Positions 1 through 10,953 of a stretch of DNA of 64,000 nucleotides are shown piece by piece. Origin of the DNA: Octopus vulgaris. Taxonomy: Eukaryota. The notes below the pieces were generated by a model, which was not told the origin of the DNA, did no database searches, and saw only the letters and a list, made by a program, of their open reading frames with translations. How positions within the stretch are numbered: the first letter of the stretch is position 1; each line of letters begins with the position of its first letter. The stretch lies in the NCBI GenBank assembly GCA_951406725.2, contig OX597814.1, forward strand, positions 221,464,001 to 221,528,000, in the 5' to 3' direction. A program made the translations under genes and the position numbers.

Positions 1-837
1 TACTATTATTTTTCCTCAAAACACAGCACTACCAAATGAAGCTCAGAGTGCCTTAGGCAGGTATGGCGATTTTTTAGTTATGGGTTTACTGTTGGTTAAT
101 ACGACTATTATATTATAGGTAATATGCAATCAGAGCATCGTAGTGCTATTTTAATATACCGATGAATGCATTTTTGAGTCCTAATTGTAGCTTATTTATC
201 TATGTATATGACCTTTTTCTCTAATGATCTAGAAATCATTTTTAATTAGGGGGATTGTGTGTATTTTCAGGCTCGACGTTGTAGTTTATTTGTATTAAGA
301 ACACTTTACTCTATGTTGGAACAGGTACTGGTGCTTCTTTCAGTCTTATTATTTCTGAAAATATCCGTGAATTTAGCCTGTATCTCTCCGTCTACGACTG
401 GAATATCTCGGTGTGTGGCCAATTATTCATTTTCTGAGGTCTTTTTGGGAAAAATTTCTGCAAATATTATATAATAGAATTTCCAGCATTTTGGAGCTCT
501 AATTCAATCATACTTGTAAATTTTCTCTCTCTTGTTTATAAGGGAGCCTAGAAACAATTTGGTTAATTTTTTCATCCCAACTTCGATATAGTCTACATTT
601 ACTTAATATGTTCTTCTGAAAGCTTTCCTCCTGTCAGTCAAATGCTGTGATTTTCCGTTTTCTGTTCCTCTTCTATTTCATTTTCAGTTTATTCACCATC
701 TAAGTTTTTTCTTGACACCCTTTTAGCATAGCATTTTGCAACCTACCTTATTTTGAACTTACTTTTCAAATTTATCACTATTTCTGTAGTTTTTCTCCTA
801 CTTCTCAAAGCTTTTGGCAATTTAGACTATGCTTTGA

Positions 838-1160
838 ATTGGATTAGCAAAAAAGTACGTTTGTTTTTTTTTTAAAGCAAAAGATAAGACATAAGTTTTA
901 AATACAAAACAGTTTATTCAGTCAACGTAATTACTGTTTCGTTCATTATGTTTCATCATCTTCACTGTTCCATGAATTTACAATATATTTACTGAAGAAA
1001 AACTCTTCCAGGTGAACTTTTACATCCTCTTCAGAGTTGAAGGTCGGTCCACTCCATGAATTGTGAAAAAACCGAAACAGGTGGAAATCTGAAAACGCAA
1101 GGTAGCGCGAATATGAAGAGTACAGCAAAACTTCCTGGCTAAAACCCAGTAACTTTTGTA
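838..1160 (-). mobile_element. Mariner transposon remnant (transposase C-terminus plus 3' TIR)
   Basis: ORF 946-1128 reads YSRYLAFSDFHLFRFFHNS..TFNSEEDVKVHLEEFF, a degenerate mariner YSPDLAPSDYHLF motif; TIR-like TTGGATTAGCAAAAAAGTACGTT near 840; cut at 1160 by a LINE fragment. Confidence 0.8.
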
Positions 1161-2334
1161 AGGGAATATGGGTCGGTTGCAGGAACCAAAATCAACGTCG
1201 CCAAGTCGATGGGATTGCGACTGGGCATTTGGAGAAGCAGATTGATGCCGTCGGACGCCGGACTGACGGGCCAGTTAAACTACTCGGGGTCTGGTTTGGT
1301 CCCGACGTCCAGGTGACGAACAAGGTAGCCTGTCTTACCCAGAAATGGGCAGAAAGGAAGCTGTCCCTGAGAGGTGGGGAATGATTACATCACCTCTGTC
1401 ATTATTTTCGTTTGACCGTCGTGCCTTGTCTCGGTTACTGTTTGATTAGATATGAGCGTATCGTTTTTATCGTTCCAATGATCAGGCGATCTGTCTGCTA
1501 CCAACTCCCTCTGCGTGGCGGCTTAGGTATGCCATTGCTTTTGATGCACAGACACGCATCTAGGTTGTGCCACCTGCAACGATTACTCCTTGACGGAGCT
1601 GCAGTCATCGGTAAAGGATAGGCTGAGATTAGGCGCCTGATACTTAGAATGTCGTAAGGTGCTCACTGTCCTCTACAAGTCAGGCAATAGGATCGGTGGA
1701 TCCTCTATAGCTAAAGGATCGGTAGATCCTCTAGCTCTACACAGCTGTTGTTGCGTTTAGGGCACATCCGTCTGTCAGCCGAGTTCATAGTGATGATTGC
1801 CTCGCCGCTCTCCTTTAATCGGGCAGTCAAAGCAATTTTCCTTCGTCTAGTGGCTGTGGCGAAAGAGGTAGTCTGGTGGACGAGGCTGAAACATTCCTCT
1901 TCGGTAAAGCCCTTATGGACTTTTTCAAGTTTCACTTGAAAAGGTAAGTATGGGTGGAGAGAGAGATGCGGAGGGAACTTATGAAAAGGGTGGATGAAAA
2001 TTGCGAAAATGGCAACGATTGATGGTACCGCTCGCAGTGTTGACCTGTGAGTCGGAAGAAAAGAGTAGGAGAGGGCACTCATCCTTCGTATTCAAGGTGA
2101 TCTTAGACGGAGGGGTTCCTCGATTATCCCTAGATGTTCTTCTGCATCAGAAGGACCCCATCACTATCACCTTCCCCTCTTCTTCTTGTGTCGTATACCA
2201 TGTATGCTTCCCTTCTTCCTGTGTATGACGTGTATACCTTTTTATTTGTCATTCTATCATGTAAATCCCCACACTTTATGTCTGTCTTTGTATTGTCCCC
2301 AATATCCTTCGCCCTGGTGGCAAATAAAAGAAAT
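1161..2334 (+). mobile_element. 5'-truncated Tx1/L1-like LINE (ORF2 C-terminal part plus 3' UTR), degenerate
   Basis: Translates with frameshifts as EYGSVAGTKINVAKSMGLRLG..TDGPVKLLGVWFGPD..QKWAERKLSLRG, typical of the Tx1/L1 RT thumb; ends in GCCCTGGTGGCAAATAAAAGAAAT. Confidence 0.8.
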
Positions 2335-2912
2335 CCCTACTATTATTGTTGTTATTGTTGTTAGTAGTAGTTGTAGTAGTAGCAATAGTAGTAACAGTAG
2401 CAGTAGTAATATTAGTAGTAGTAGTATTTGGGCAAAAGCGGGTGCGTTTAGACTTAGAGCAAAGGAAAAAATCTGTTTACATGGTTTATACTTAATGAAA
2501 AAGAAAATAAAGAATATTCTGTTTTGGATGACTACGTTTTAGAATCCTTAAATATCTTCCACTTCCACCTAAGAATGAGGTGAATAATGTTCTTTTATTT
2601 TGTAAGCGTTCGTGTCTTTGTGCCACAAGATGTTCTTTATCGTTTAGCAAAGAGACCGTCAACAATTTTGAACAGGTCTTATAAAATTTTCTGTTCAAGA
2701 AAATGATTTGAGAAACTGAAAGACAAAAACGATAACATATATAAAGATGTAAATAAATCAGTTTATTAACCAGGAAAAAATAACACTCACAACAGATCTC
2801 AAAAATGAAAAACGATAAAAATATGCCAACAAATATTTTGTCAATATTGTCTGCAAAGACATTATTTTATATATAAGTAAACTTTCTCACTCCGTCTCTC
2901 TACTTCCTCTCA

Positions 2913-2913
<1 letters not shown>

Positions 2914-3007
<94 letters not shown>
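2914..3007. repeat. (TATC)n microsatellite
   Basis: Direct reading; similar (TATC)n tracts near 6.68, 26.25, 26.62, 38.62, 54.84 and 55.56 kb. Confidence 0.95.
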
Positions 3008-5250
3008 ACTGCCACATATCTATCTAGGTACCATATATCTATCTATGTTTTTATCTAAAACAAAAGGTCTCTAAAATAGGTATGCCATGAAATATTGTAC
3101 TGACGCTTTTATCGAAGAGAAAGCTACTAGAAAAGTTTTATATCTCTGACTACTGAAAATCTGAAGAGGTATTCATTAATCCATAAATGAGAAGCGAAAA
3201 GAAAGTATGATTACTATATCAAATTCTGTGGTTTCTATCAGTCAAGGAATGATTTTGAGACTATAGGTTTTATCTAGGAGAAGGAAATGAAGCTTCAGGC
3301 TTACTTGAAGCACTAAATACTTGGCTATAGGTACTTGACACAATATATTAGGCATGTTTCGAGACTTTTGCTTATGTTTAGTTATGGTTATCTTTGTGGC
3401 GCACACAAGCACCTTGTTAAAGAAGTCACGATGTTCAAAAATACATGTGGTAGGGCGTGATCCGCATAGACATCTGGTGTTGATGATCTCTGAAGGCTAC
3501 AAAGCAATTGTCGGTGCAGGAAAATAAGCGACATCAAGTTGAGATACTTGTAGGTTTTCTGCTCTGATGAGACGAAAATGTAGACGTGGTGGGGGATAGT
3601 GACGGATAGCAGCAGAACCATTAACAACAACAGCAGAATCAAGAAACCTCTGTTTACAAAACGTTATCAGTCCGAGCCTTCAGAATAGTTGAAATTCTCA
3701 TCTTTTTATCTAGCCCAGCGACCAGTGAACGGGACCCAGAGGACCTCACTCCCAGTAGTAACATCTAAACATCTTGTAGTGAATGGCGGTTGAAGTGATT
3801 AGGAAATTGTGGTTCACCAAAAACGTGAACTCGCTGAATAACGGGTGTTCGCATCATAGATAAGTTACAAACGGGTCTTCTAACTTACCAGGAGAAAGAA
3901 TCTTAAAAAAGCCCTAAATCGGAGAAAAAGGTGCGGAATTTTCCCACAGCAATGAGGTATTTTGAGTTTACATATGAGTGCATTAACCAAATTGTGTTAC
4001 ATATTTTGTTTTTATGTGATCTGATGTTTACTAAGTGTTTTAGAACATATCGAATTTTAATATGGAAATTGTATGACCTCATTATTTCTACCCTCATTTT
4101 TATACGATCATGAATTGACCAGCTTCAAATATTTTTTACCTATGTACAAATAATATATATATGTGTATAATGGAGCTTGGGTTTCGTATATGTTCTAAAA
4201 AGAAACATTTATGGAAACACTGTATATATCCAAATATGGATACATCAATTATGATCTGTTCCAGATCAAATTGAAACAAGTTTGGAGATTTTATGAACGA
4301 AAACGAGAGGAAGAGATGCATAGAGCGGGTGTTCGCGTGATTGTCCACCGACATGGGGCAGAACACTAGCTTAGTTACTATAGGACAACGACTAGAGACA
4401 GTGACACTTAGATTGTCATTAAAAGCTGCACATCAGTAAGAACACCTGGAGGTCACAGAACTGACTCGCAGCATGAGGGAGATTTGTATGAATATCTATA
4501 TTCTAACGATACTCGAAGACGACAAAATTATTTCCGTATATCTTTAAGGAGTGGAGGAAGCACCTGTCAGATGGGAGATGAAAGGCAGAAGTTCCAGTGT
4601 TCTAACAGACAGACCTGATGGGATTTCTGCCTCAGGGAGAGAGAGAAAAGAGAGAACATATAGGATAGATAGTAGGCTGCATTATATTTAACAGCGGCAA
4701 CAACCCAAGTATACAGAGGTGAGGGCTGCAGAGCAGAAGTTAATAAAACTGCTTCATCCTCAGTACCATCAGCACAAAATGATCGAGAAGTAAAGAAGCC
4801 TCATTGTCACACACAGGACTGGTTAAAGGTTATGAAGATAAGTATAAATTAATCGTATTACACCTGTTGGGAAAGGGATGAGACAGGTGAAAATGGAGAA
4901 AACGTCGGTAACAATAAGAAAACAAAATTGGCAAAAAAACAATAAATACTGATGAAAAGAAAAATAGTTTGATGCTGTTGTCTAGGAAACGGGGCCGACC
5001 CGTCAGTTTACCTGCATCCTACAAAATGTAATACTGGATTTAAAACAAAACGAATGAAACAGAGGAGTAGGACAGCAAGACACTGACCTTAAATGATAGA
5101 TATTTTATTCCAATCAGATCAGGAGTATCTCAATCGAATTCACGTGGGGGGATATGCTCTTACATTTCTTTCTATGTAATTTGTTTTATGTGTCGAATAT
5201 ACTTGGTAACACTTATTTCCACTACACAACTTCAAGGACATAAACGCCGG

Positions 5251-5330
<80 letters not shown>

Positions 5331-5360
5331 TACACACACAACGGTATGCGCATAAACAAA

Positions 5361-5593
5361 GGCGGCGAGTTGGCAGAAACGTTAGCACGCCGGGAGAAAT
5401 GCGTAGCCGTATTTCGTCTGCCTTTACGTTCTGAGTTCAAATTTCGCCGAGGTCGACTCTGCCTTTCATCCTTTCGGGGTCGATAAATTAAGTACCAGTT
5501 ATGCACTGGGGTCGGTGTAATCGACTAAATCCGTTTGTTTGTCCTTGTTTGTCCCCTCTGTGTTAAGCCCCTTGTGGGTAGTAAAGAAATAGG
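5361..5593 (+). mobile_element. tRNA-derived SINE, family B, with Tx1-like tail
   Basis: GGCGGCGAGTTGGCAGAAACGTTAGCACGCCGGG head, B-box-like GAGTTCAAATT, central GTCGACTCTGCCTTTCATCCTTTCGGGGTCGATAAATTAAGTACCAG; several related copies in the window. Confidence 0.85.
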
Positions 5594-6194
5594 TATGCAT
5601 ACACATACTCACGCATACATGCATCTGAATGCATTCGAATACATAATATGGTGGGCATGAATAGTCCTTGGTTGACAACATAGCATTGATAAATTCTTGT
5701 TCTTCTTCATATTCTTTTCCATTTTCTTGTTAGTGTTTTGGCTATTGTTCTCCTCCACCTTAGCTACCTCCCCCTCCTCCTCCTCCTCCAACTTATCATC
5801 ATCATCATCATCGTTTTGCTTCTAGTCTCCTGCCAAAATTAAGGGGAACTATTATTATTTCCATAATTATCATCATCATCATTAGTATTCTTGTTGTTGT
5901 TATTGTTGTTGTTAATATCATTATTGTTGTTGGTATTATTAAGAATTCGAGTGAATGAAAGCAATCTTGTGAATACCGTGACTATAAGATGAATACAAGA
6001 CTTTCTAATTACAGCAATTGCGACTGGGCACTCAGACTCGTGACCTCATCAATATTTTAAACCTCGTCGAGTTGAGTAATAAAACTAAATTATAGAGAAA
6101 CAATAATCAACACAAGTAAGGAATAAGTAGAATTTTGTAATTACGCAGGTTATAAACAAGAACAATTACATTAATTATGCAAAATAAGAAATGT

Positions 6195-6234
<40 letters not shown>

Positions 6235-6270
6235 GTATGTATTTATACATACATACACACACACACACAC

Positions 6271-6341
<71 letters not shown>

Positions 6342-6413
6342 CTTATACATACATATATGTGTCTGTCTGTGAGTTTTTGCGTATGTCCGTGTGTTTGTGC
6401 GACTGTGTATGTT

Positions 6414-6488
<75 letters not shown>

Positions 6489-6681
6489 TTACACAGTGTT
6501 AAATTAAGACCTACTAAAACTATCATGCCGCGGAGACAGTAATTTTGCAGTTTTATATAACGTGCGTTGTGTCTCGAAGCAATCTTTCAAGTTCAGTGCA
6601 CTTATTTTAACACCATGTACAATTAGATGATAATTAACTCTCGCAGGGTGGAGTACTCTAGTTGTTGATCTATCTACCTAC

Positions 6682-6736
<55 letters not shown>

Positions 6737-6749
6737 ATCTCTCTCTGTC

Positions 6750-6782
<33 letters not shown>

Positions 6783-6799
6783 ATGTGTGTGCGTATGTG

Positions 6800-7190
6800 T
6801 AGAAAATACAAACTGGGACAAGAACGCAAAACATTTAGAAGACGATATAAAGGACACGGACGGGACATTCGAAGCCTTCAATCTTTAGTCAAGAACCGTT
6901 TCATCCTCGCAATTTCGGCTGATTAATCTTGAGATTGCTCCAATCTGGCCTGCCCCAAGGAACATCTAAGCTAAGCGCATTAGATTCCTTGGAAGAAAGC
7001 CTCGAATGTATACAAAAGAAAGACGGGAAAACGGACGATGTTACACGGATATGAATACAAAAATACGTAAAAACAATAATGATAATAATAATAACAAAAA
7101 CAGGACGTCACAAACAGGCGTCTTTCGACTTGACGAGTAAACTTGAGCTGGCGTGTTAGGAATGTGCCTTAGGGCAGAGAGAAAAAATGT
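6800..7190 (-). repeat. Unclassified interspersed repeat; second copy at 39570-39805 (+)
   Basis: Reverse complement of 6810-6995 matches 39570-39800 (CCAAGGAATC..CCTTGGGGC.GGCCAGATT.GAGCAATCT.AAGA.TAATCAGCCGAAATTG.GAGGATGA; TGTTTTGCGTTCTTGTCCCA). Confidence 0.75.
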
Positions 7191-7244
7191 GTGTTGCCGC
7201 GACGACTGCTAGACTCGACTCTCCCCTCGTCAGACGACGTATGA

Positions 7245-7615
<371 letters not shown>

Positions 7616-7639
7616 TATGTGTGTATATATGTATATACA

Positions 7640-7945
7640 CTAATCATGATACTACCATTCTCGAGACTGCGTGCTGTACTGCCACTGGATATCTTGCCCT
7701 GGCTTGTCAGTAGGGCGGAGAGATTCGGCGAGGTGCTGACTAAGCCTTATTGGACCTAAAACTCAAGGTTATACAATCGCCGGCGGGGGGACTCTCCGAT
7801 ACCCGGGTGAGTAGGTTGATGCTGCGGTGGGCACGGACTCGGATGAAATAAACCTCAGGTGCAATAACCTCAGGCACGGGCCTTATTGCTTGCATTTTGC
7901 AAGGTCAGTGCTCAGTGATGGTCTTCCGCTCTCGTGAGTTATCAT
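7640..7945 (+). mobile_element. GC-rich non-coding retroelement with RTE-like 3' tail
   Basis: Ends GATGGTCTTCCGCTCTCGTGAGTTATCATACATAC, resembling the RTE 3' end at 17748-17790 (AATGGTCTTCCTCGGTCAGGAG..ATCATATA); no coding remnant seen. Confidence 0.45.
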
Positions 7946-7963
7946 ACATACATACATACATAC

Positions 7964-8026
<63 letters not shown>

Positions 8027-8027
8027 C

Positions 8028-8113
<86 letters not shown>

Positions 8114-8352
8114 ACGTAAGAATTATCATATATTCACCATAATTTGATGACGGCCAATGCACGAAACATTCGGATTTTAAGTCACTCAGTTTCATCTACT
8201 AAATATTAATATATATAACCATATACTCATATTCTGAGTTTTATTTTCCCTGTCTGCATGATCATATTTTTCATATTCATTTAAGACGGTAGTACCACGG
8301 TTTACGAACGCCTCAGATCACGAATAAATCGGGCTTTATATAAGTATATATA

Positions 8353-8564
8353 CTCTTTTTACTCTTTTACTTGTTTCAGTCATTTGACTACGGCCATGCT
8401 GGAGCACCGCCTTTAGTCGAGCACCTCGACCCCGGCACTTATTCTTTGTAAGACAGTACTTATTCTATCGGTCTGTTTTGCCGAACCGCTAGGTGACATA
8501 AACACACCAACATCAGTTGTCAAGCAATGCTAGGGGGACAAACACAGACACACAAACACACACT

Positions 8565-8598
<34 letters not shown>

Positions 8599-8761
8599 CG
8601 ACAGGCTTCTTTCAGTTTCCGTCTACCAAATCCACTCACAAGGCTTTGGTCGGCCCGCGGCTATAGTAGAAGACACTTGCCCAAGGTGCCACGCAGTGGG
8701 ACTGAACCCAGAAGCATGTGGTTGGTAAACAAGCTACTTACCACACAGCCACTCCTGCGCC
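8353..8761 (-). mobile_element. tRNA-derived SINE, family A (CORE-like, internal microsatellite, TAAAAGAG tail)
   Basis: Head GGCGCAGGAGTGGCTGTGTGGTAAG..GGGTTCAGTCCC (A/B boxes), CORE-like ACCTTGGGCAAGT, tail AACAAGTAAAAGAGTAAAA; five copies in the window. Confidence 0.9.
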
Positions 8762-8782
8762 TATATATAAATATATATATAT

Positions 8783-9041
8783 CGCGGAAATGTACTTGCA
8801 TAGCAAGTGACCTGCTCTGAGATCTCGTGCTGAAGCAAAAACAATTGCAGCGTGGAAGGTGTTTATAAACCATTTAAAACCACACAGAAACCGTTATTTT
8901 GCCAGCACGGAATTTTGTCAGTGATCAATCAATTCACGGTTTCAAAGCGACGAAAATATTTCGGCAAAATAAATTTAAATATTGAAGTGAATCTAACGGT
9001 TTTTGTGTGTTTTTAAAGGCTTATGAACAGCATCCACTCAG

Positions 9042-9044
<3 letters not shown>
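8783..9044. mobile_element. Fold-back non-autonomous element with G3:C8-variant hammerhead candidate
   Basis: 8852-8896 is inverted relative to 8994-9037; same family at 10770-10953; flanked by TA-rich tracts. Confidence 0.7.
8912..8970 (+). ncRNA. Candidate minimal type I hammerhead ribozyme, G3:C8 variant (degenerate copy)
   Basis: ATTTTGTCA-GTGATCA-..GCGAC-GAA-AATATT-T-CGGCAAAAT: stem I, core GUGAUCA, GAAA, palindromic stem III AATATT; stem II is damaged in this copy. Confidence 0.45.
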
Positions 9045-9097
<53 letters not shown>

Positions 9098-9322
9098 GAA
9101 ATATTAAAATAACTAAGTCTCTCTAAAAGAGAACAGCGGCAGCGTTCCCGGAAAATAATAGTTATCGCCATACTAATATGGCATTCTTATAAAAATAAGA
9201 AAAAAGCTGTCCGCTTATTAGCTCCATGAGGCCATCGCCTTAAGTTAGCTATTTGATACACAAACTGTATCCATATAACCTTCGAACAAGGGAGGTCAGT
9301 CGCTCCACATACTTGACCGGCA

Positions 9323-9364
9323 GCTACAGACGCGTTTCGGAGTATTGCCCCTTTTCAATGCAGC
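9323..9364 (-). ncRNA. Minimal type I hammerhead ribozyme, U3:A8 variant (copy 1)
   Basis: Exact reverse complement of 9557-9598. Confidence 0.8.
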
Positions 9365-9556
9365 GTAGCCAGCCAGTAGGTGTCGCTTCCGACAATCTCT
9401 GTTCGATGGTTTTATTTACCTAGTTTCGGTGGAATACATCCACTTGTTTTCAATAATAGAAATATTAAAATAACTAAGTGGATGTATTCCACCGAAACTA
9501 GGTAAATAAAACCATCGAACAGAGATTGTCGGAAGCGACACCTACTGGCTGGCTAC

Positions 9557-9598
9557 GCTGCATTGAAAAGGGGCAATACTCCGAAACGCGTCTGTAGC
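9557..9598 (+). ncRNA. Minimal type I hammerhead ribozyme, U3:A8 variant (copy 2); predicted cleavage after C9592
   Basis: GCTGCA-TTGAAAA-GGGG caata CTCC-GAA-ACGCGT-C-TGTAGC: stem I GCTGCA/TGTAGC, stem II GGGG/CTCC, palindromic stem III ACGCGT, GUC triplet; stem I extends via TGGCTGGC/GCCGGTCA. Confidence 0.82.
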
Positions 9599-9917
9599 TG
9601 CCGGTCAAGTAGTGTGGAGCGACTGACCTCCTTGTTCGAAGGTTATATGGATACAGTTTGTGTATCAAATAGCTAACTTAAGGCGATGGCCTCATGGAGC
9701 TAATAAGCGGACAGCTTTTTTCTTATTTTTATAAGAATGCCATATTAGTATGGCGATAACTATTATTTTCCGGGAACGCTGCCGCTGTTCTCTGTTAGAG
9801 AGACTTAGTTATTTTAATATTTCTATTATTGAAAACAAGTGGATGTATTCCACCGAAACTAGGTAAATAAAACCATCGAACAGAGATTGTCGGAAGCGAC
9901 ACCTACTGGCTGGCTAC

Positions 9918-9959
9918 GCTGCATTGAAAAGGGGCAATACTCCGAAACGCGTCTGTAGC
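9918..9959 (+). ncRNA. Minimal type I hammerhead ribozyme, U3:A8 variant (copy 3); predicted cleavage after C9953
   Basis: Identical to 9557-9598, exactly 361 bp downstream. Confidence 0.82.
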
Positions 9960-10196
9960 TGCCGGTCAAGTAGTGTGGAGCGACTGACCTCCCTTGTTCG
10001 AAGGTTATATGGATACAGTTTGTGTATCAAATAGCTAACTTAAGGCGATGGCCTCATGGAGCTAATAAGCGGACAGCTTTTTTCTTATTTTTATAAGAAT
10101 GCCATATTAGTATGGCGATAACTATTATTTTATATATATATATATATATATTATGTATGTATGTATATATGTATATGGCTGTGTGGTAAATAGCTA

Positions 10197-10606
10197 GGTG
10201 CAGAAGTGGCTGTTTGGTAAGTAGCTTGCGCACAAACCACATGCTTCGGGTTCAATCCCACTGCGTGGCACCTTGGGCAAGGGTCTTTTACTATAGCCTC
10301 CAGCCAACCACAGCCTTGTGAGTGGATTTGGTAGACCGAAACTGAAAAAAACCCGTCGTATATATGTATATATATATATATATATGTGTGTGTGTATACA
10401 TGTGTGTATATGTTTCTGTCTCTGTGTTTGTTCTCTCAACATTGCTTGACAACCGATGTTAATGTGTTAGCGGTTCGGCCGAAGAGACCGATAGAATAAG
10501 TACTAGGCTTACAAAAAATAAGTTTTGGCGTTGATTTGCTCGACTAAAGGCGGTGCTTCGGCATGGCCGCAGTGAAATGACTGAAACAAGTAAAAGAGTA
10601 AAAGAG
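10197..10606 (+). mobile_element. SINE family A
   Basis: Full-length homologue of 8353-8761 in the opposite orientation. Confidence 0.9.
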
Positions 10607-10639
<33 letters not shown>

Positions 10640-10652
10640 GTATGTGCATGTA

Positions 10653-10691
<39 letters not shown>

Positions 10692-10701
10692 GTATGTGCA
10701 T

Positions 10702-10769
<68 letters not shown>

Positions 10770-10770
<1 letters not shown>

Positions 10771-10953
10771 GGAGATGTACTTGCATAGCAAGTGACTTGA
10801 TCTGAGATCGTGTGCTGGAACGAAAATAATTGCATCGTGGAAGGTGTTTATAAGCCATTTCAGAAACACACAAAACCGGTAGATTCACTTCAACATTAAA
10901 TTTAATTTGTCAAAATATTTTCGTCGCTTTGAGACCGTGACGTGTTCACTGAT
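10770..10953 (-). mobile_element. Second copy of the 8783-9044 family, truncated within the hammerhead candidate (10906-10953)
   Basis: Minus strand reads TCA-GTGAACA-C-GTCAC ggtctcaaa GCGAC-GAA-AATATT-T-TGACAAA; remainder aligns to 8783-8896 and 8940-9037. Confidence 0.7.

Larger units (their letters stand above)
9093..10130. mobile_element. Retrozyme-like / non-autonomous Penelope-type array: 361-bp monomer, one inverted copy plus about 1.8 tandem copies
   Basis: 9093-9446 is the near-perfect reverse complement of 9476-9829; 9476-9770 recurs 361 bp downstream; each unit has a hammerhead; (TA)n on both flanks. Confidence 0.9.

Noticed and set aside
3560-3585. CTGATGAGACGAAAATGTA as a hammerhead
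   Set aside because: Only 3 nt between the core halves and no stem I pairing
300-5100. Possible decayed LINE ORF1 zinc-knuckle remnants (about 300-700 minus, 4300-4800 plus; also 20050-20480)
   Set aside because: Only faint motif resemblance amid many stops; cannot be supported without a search
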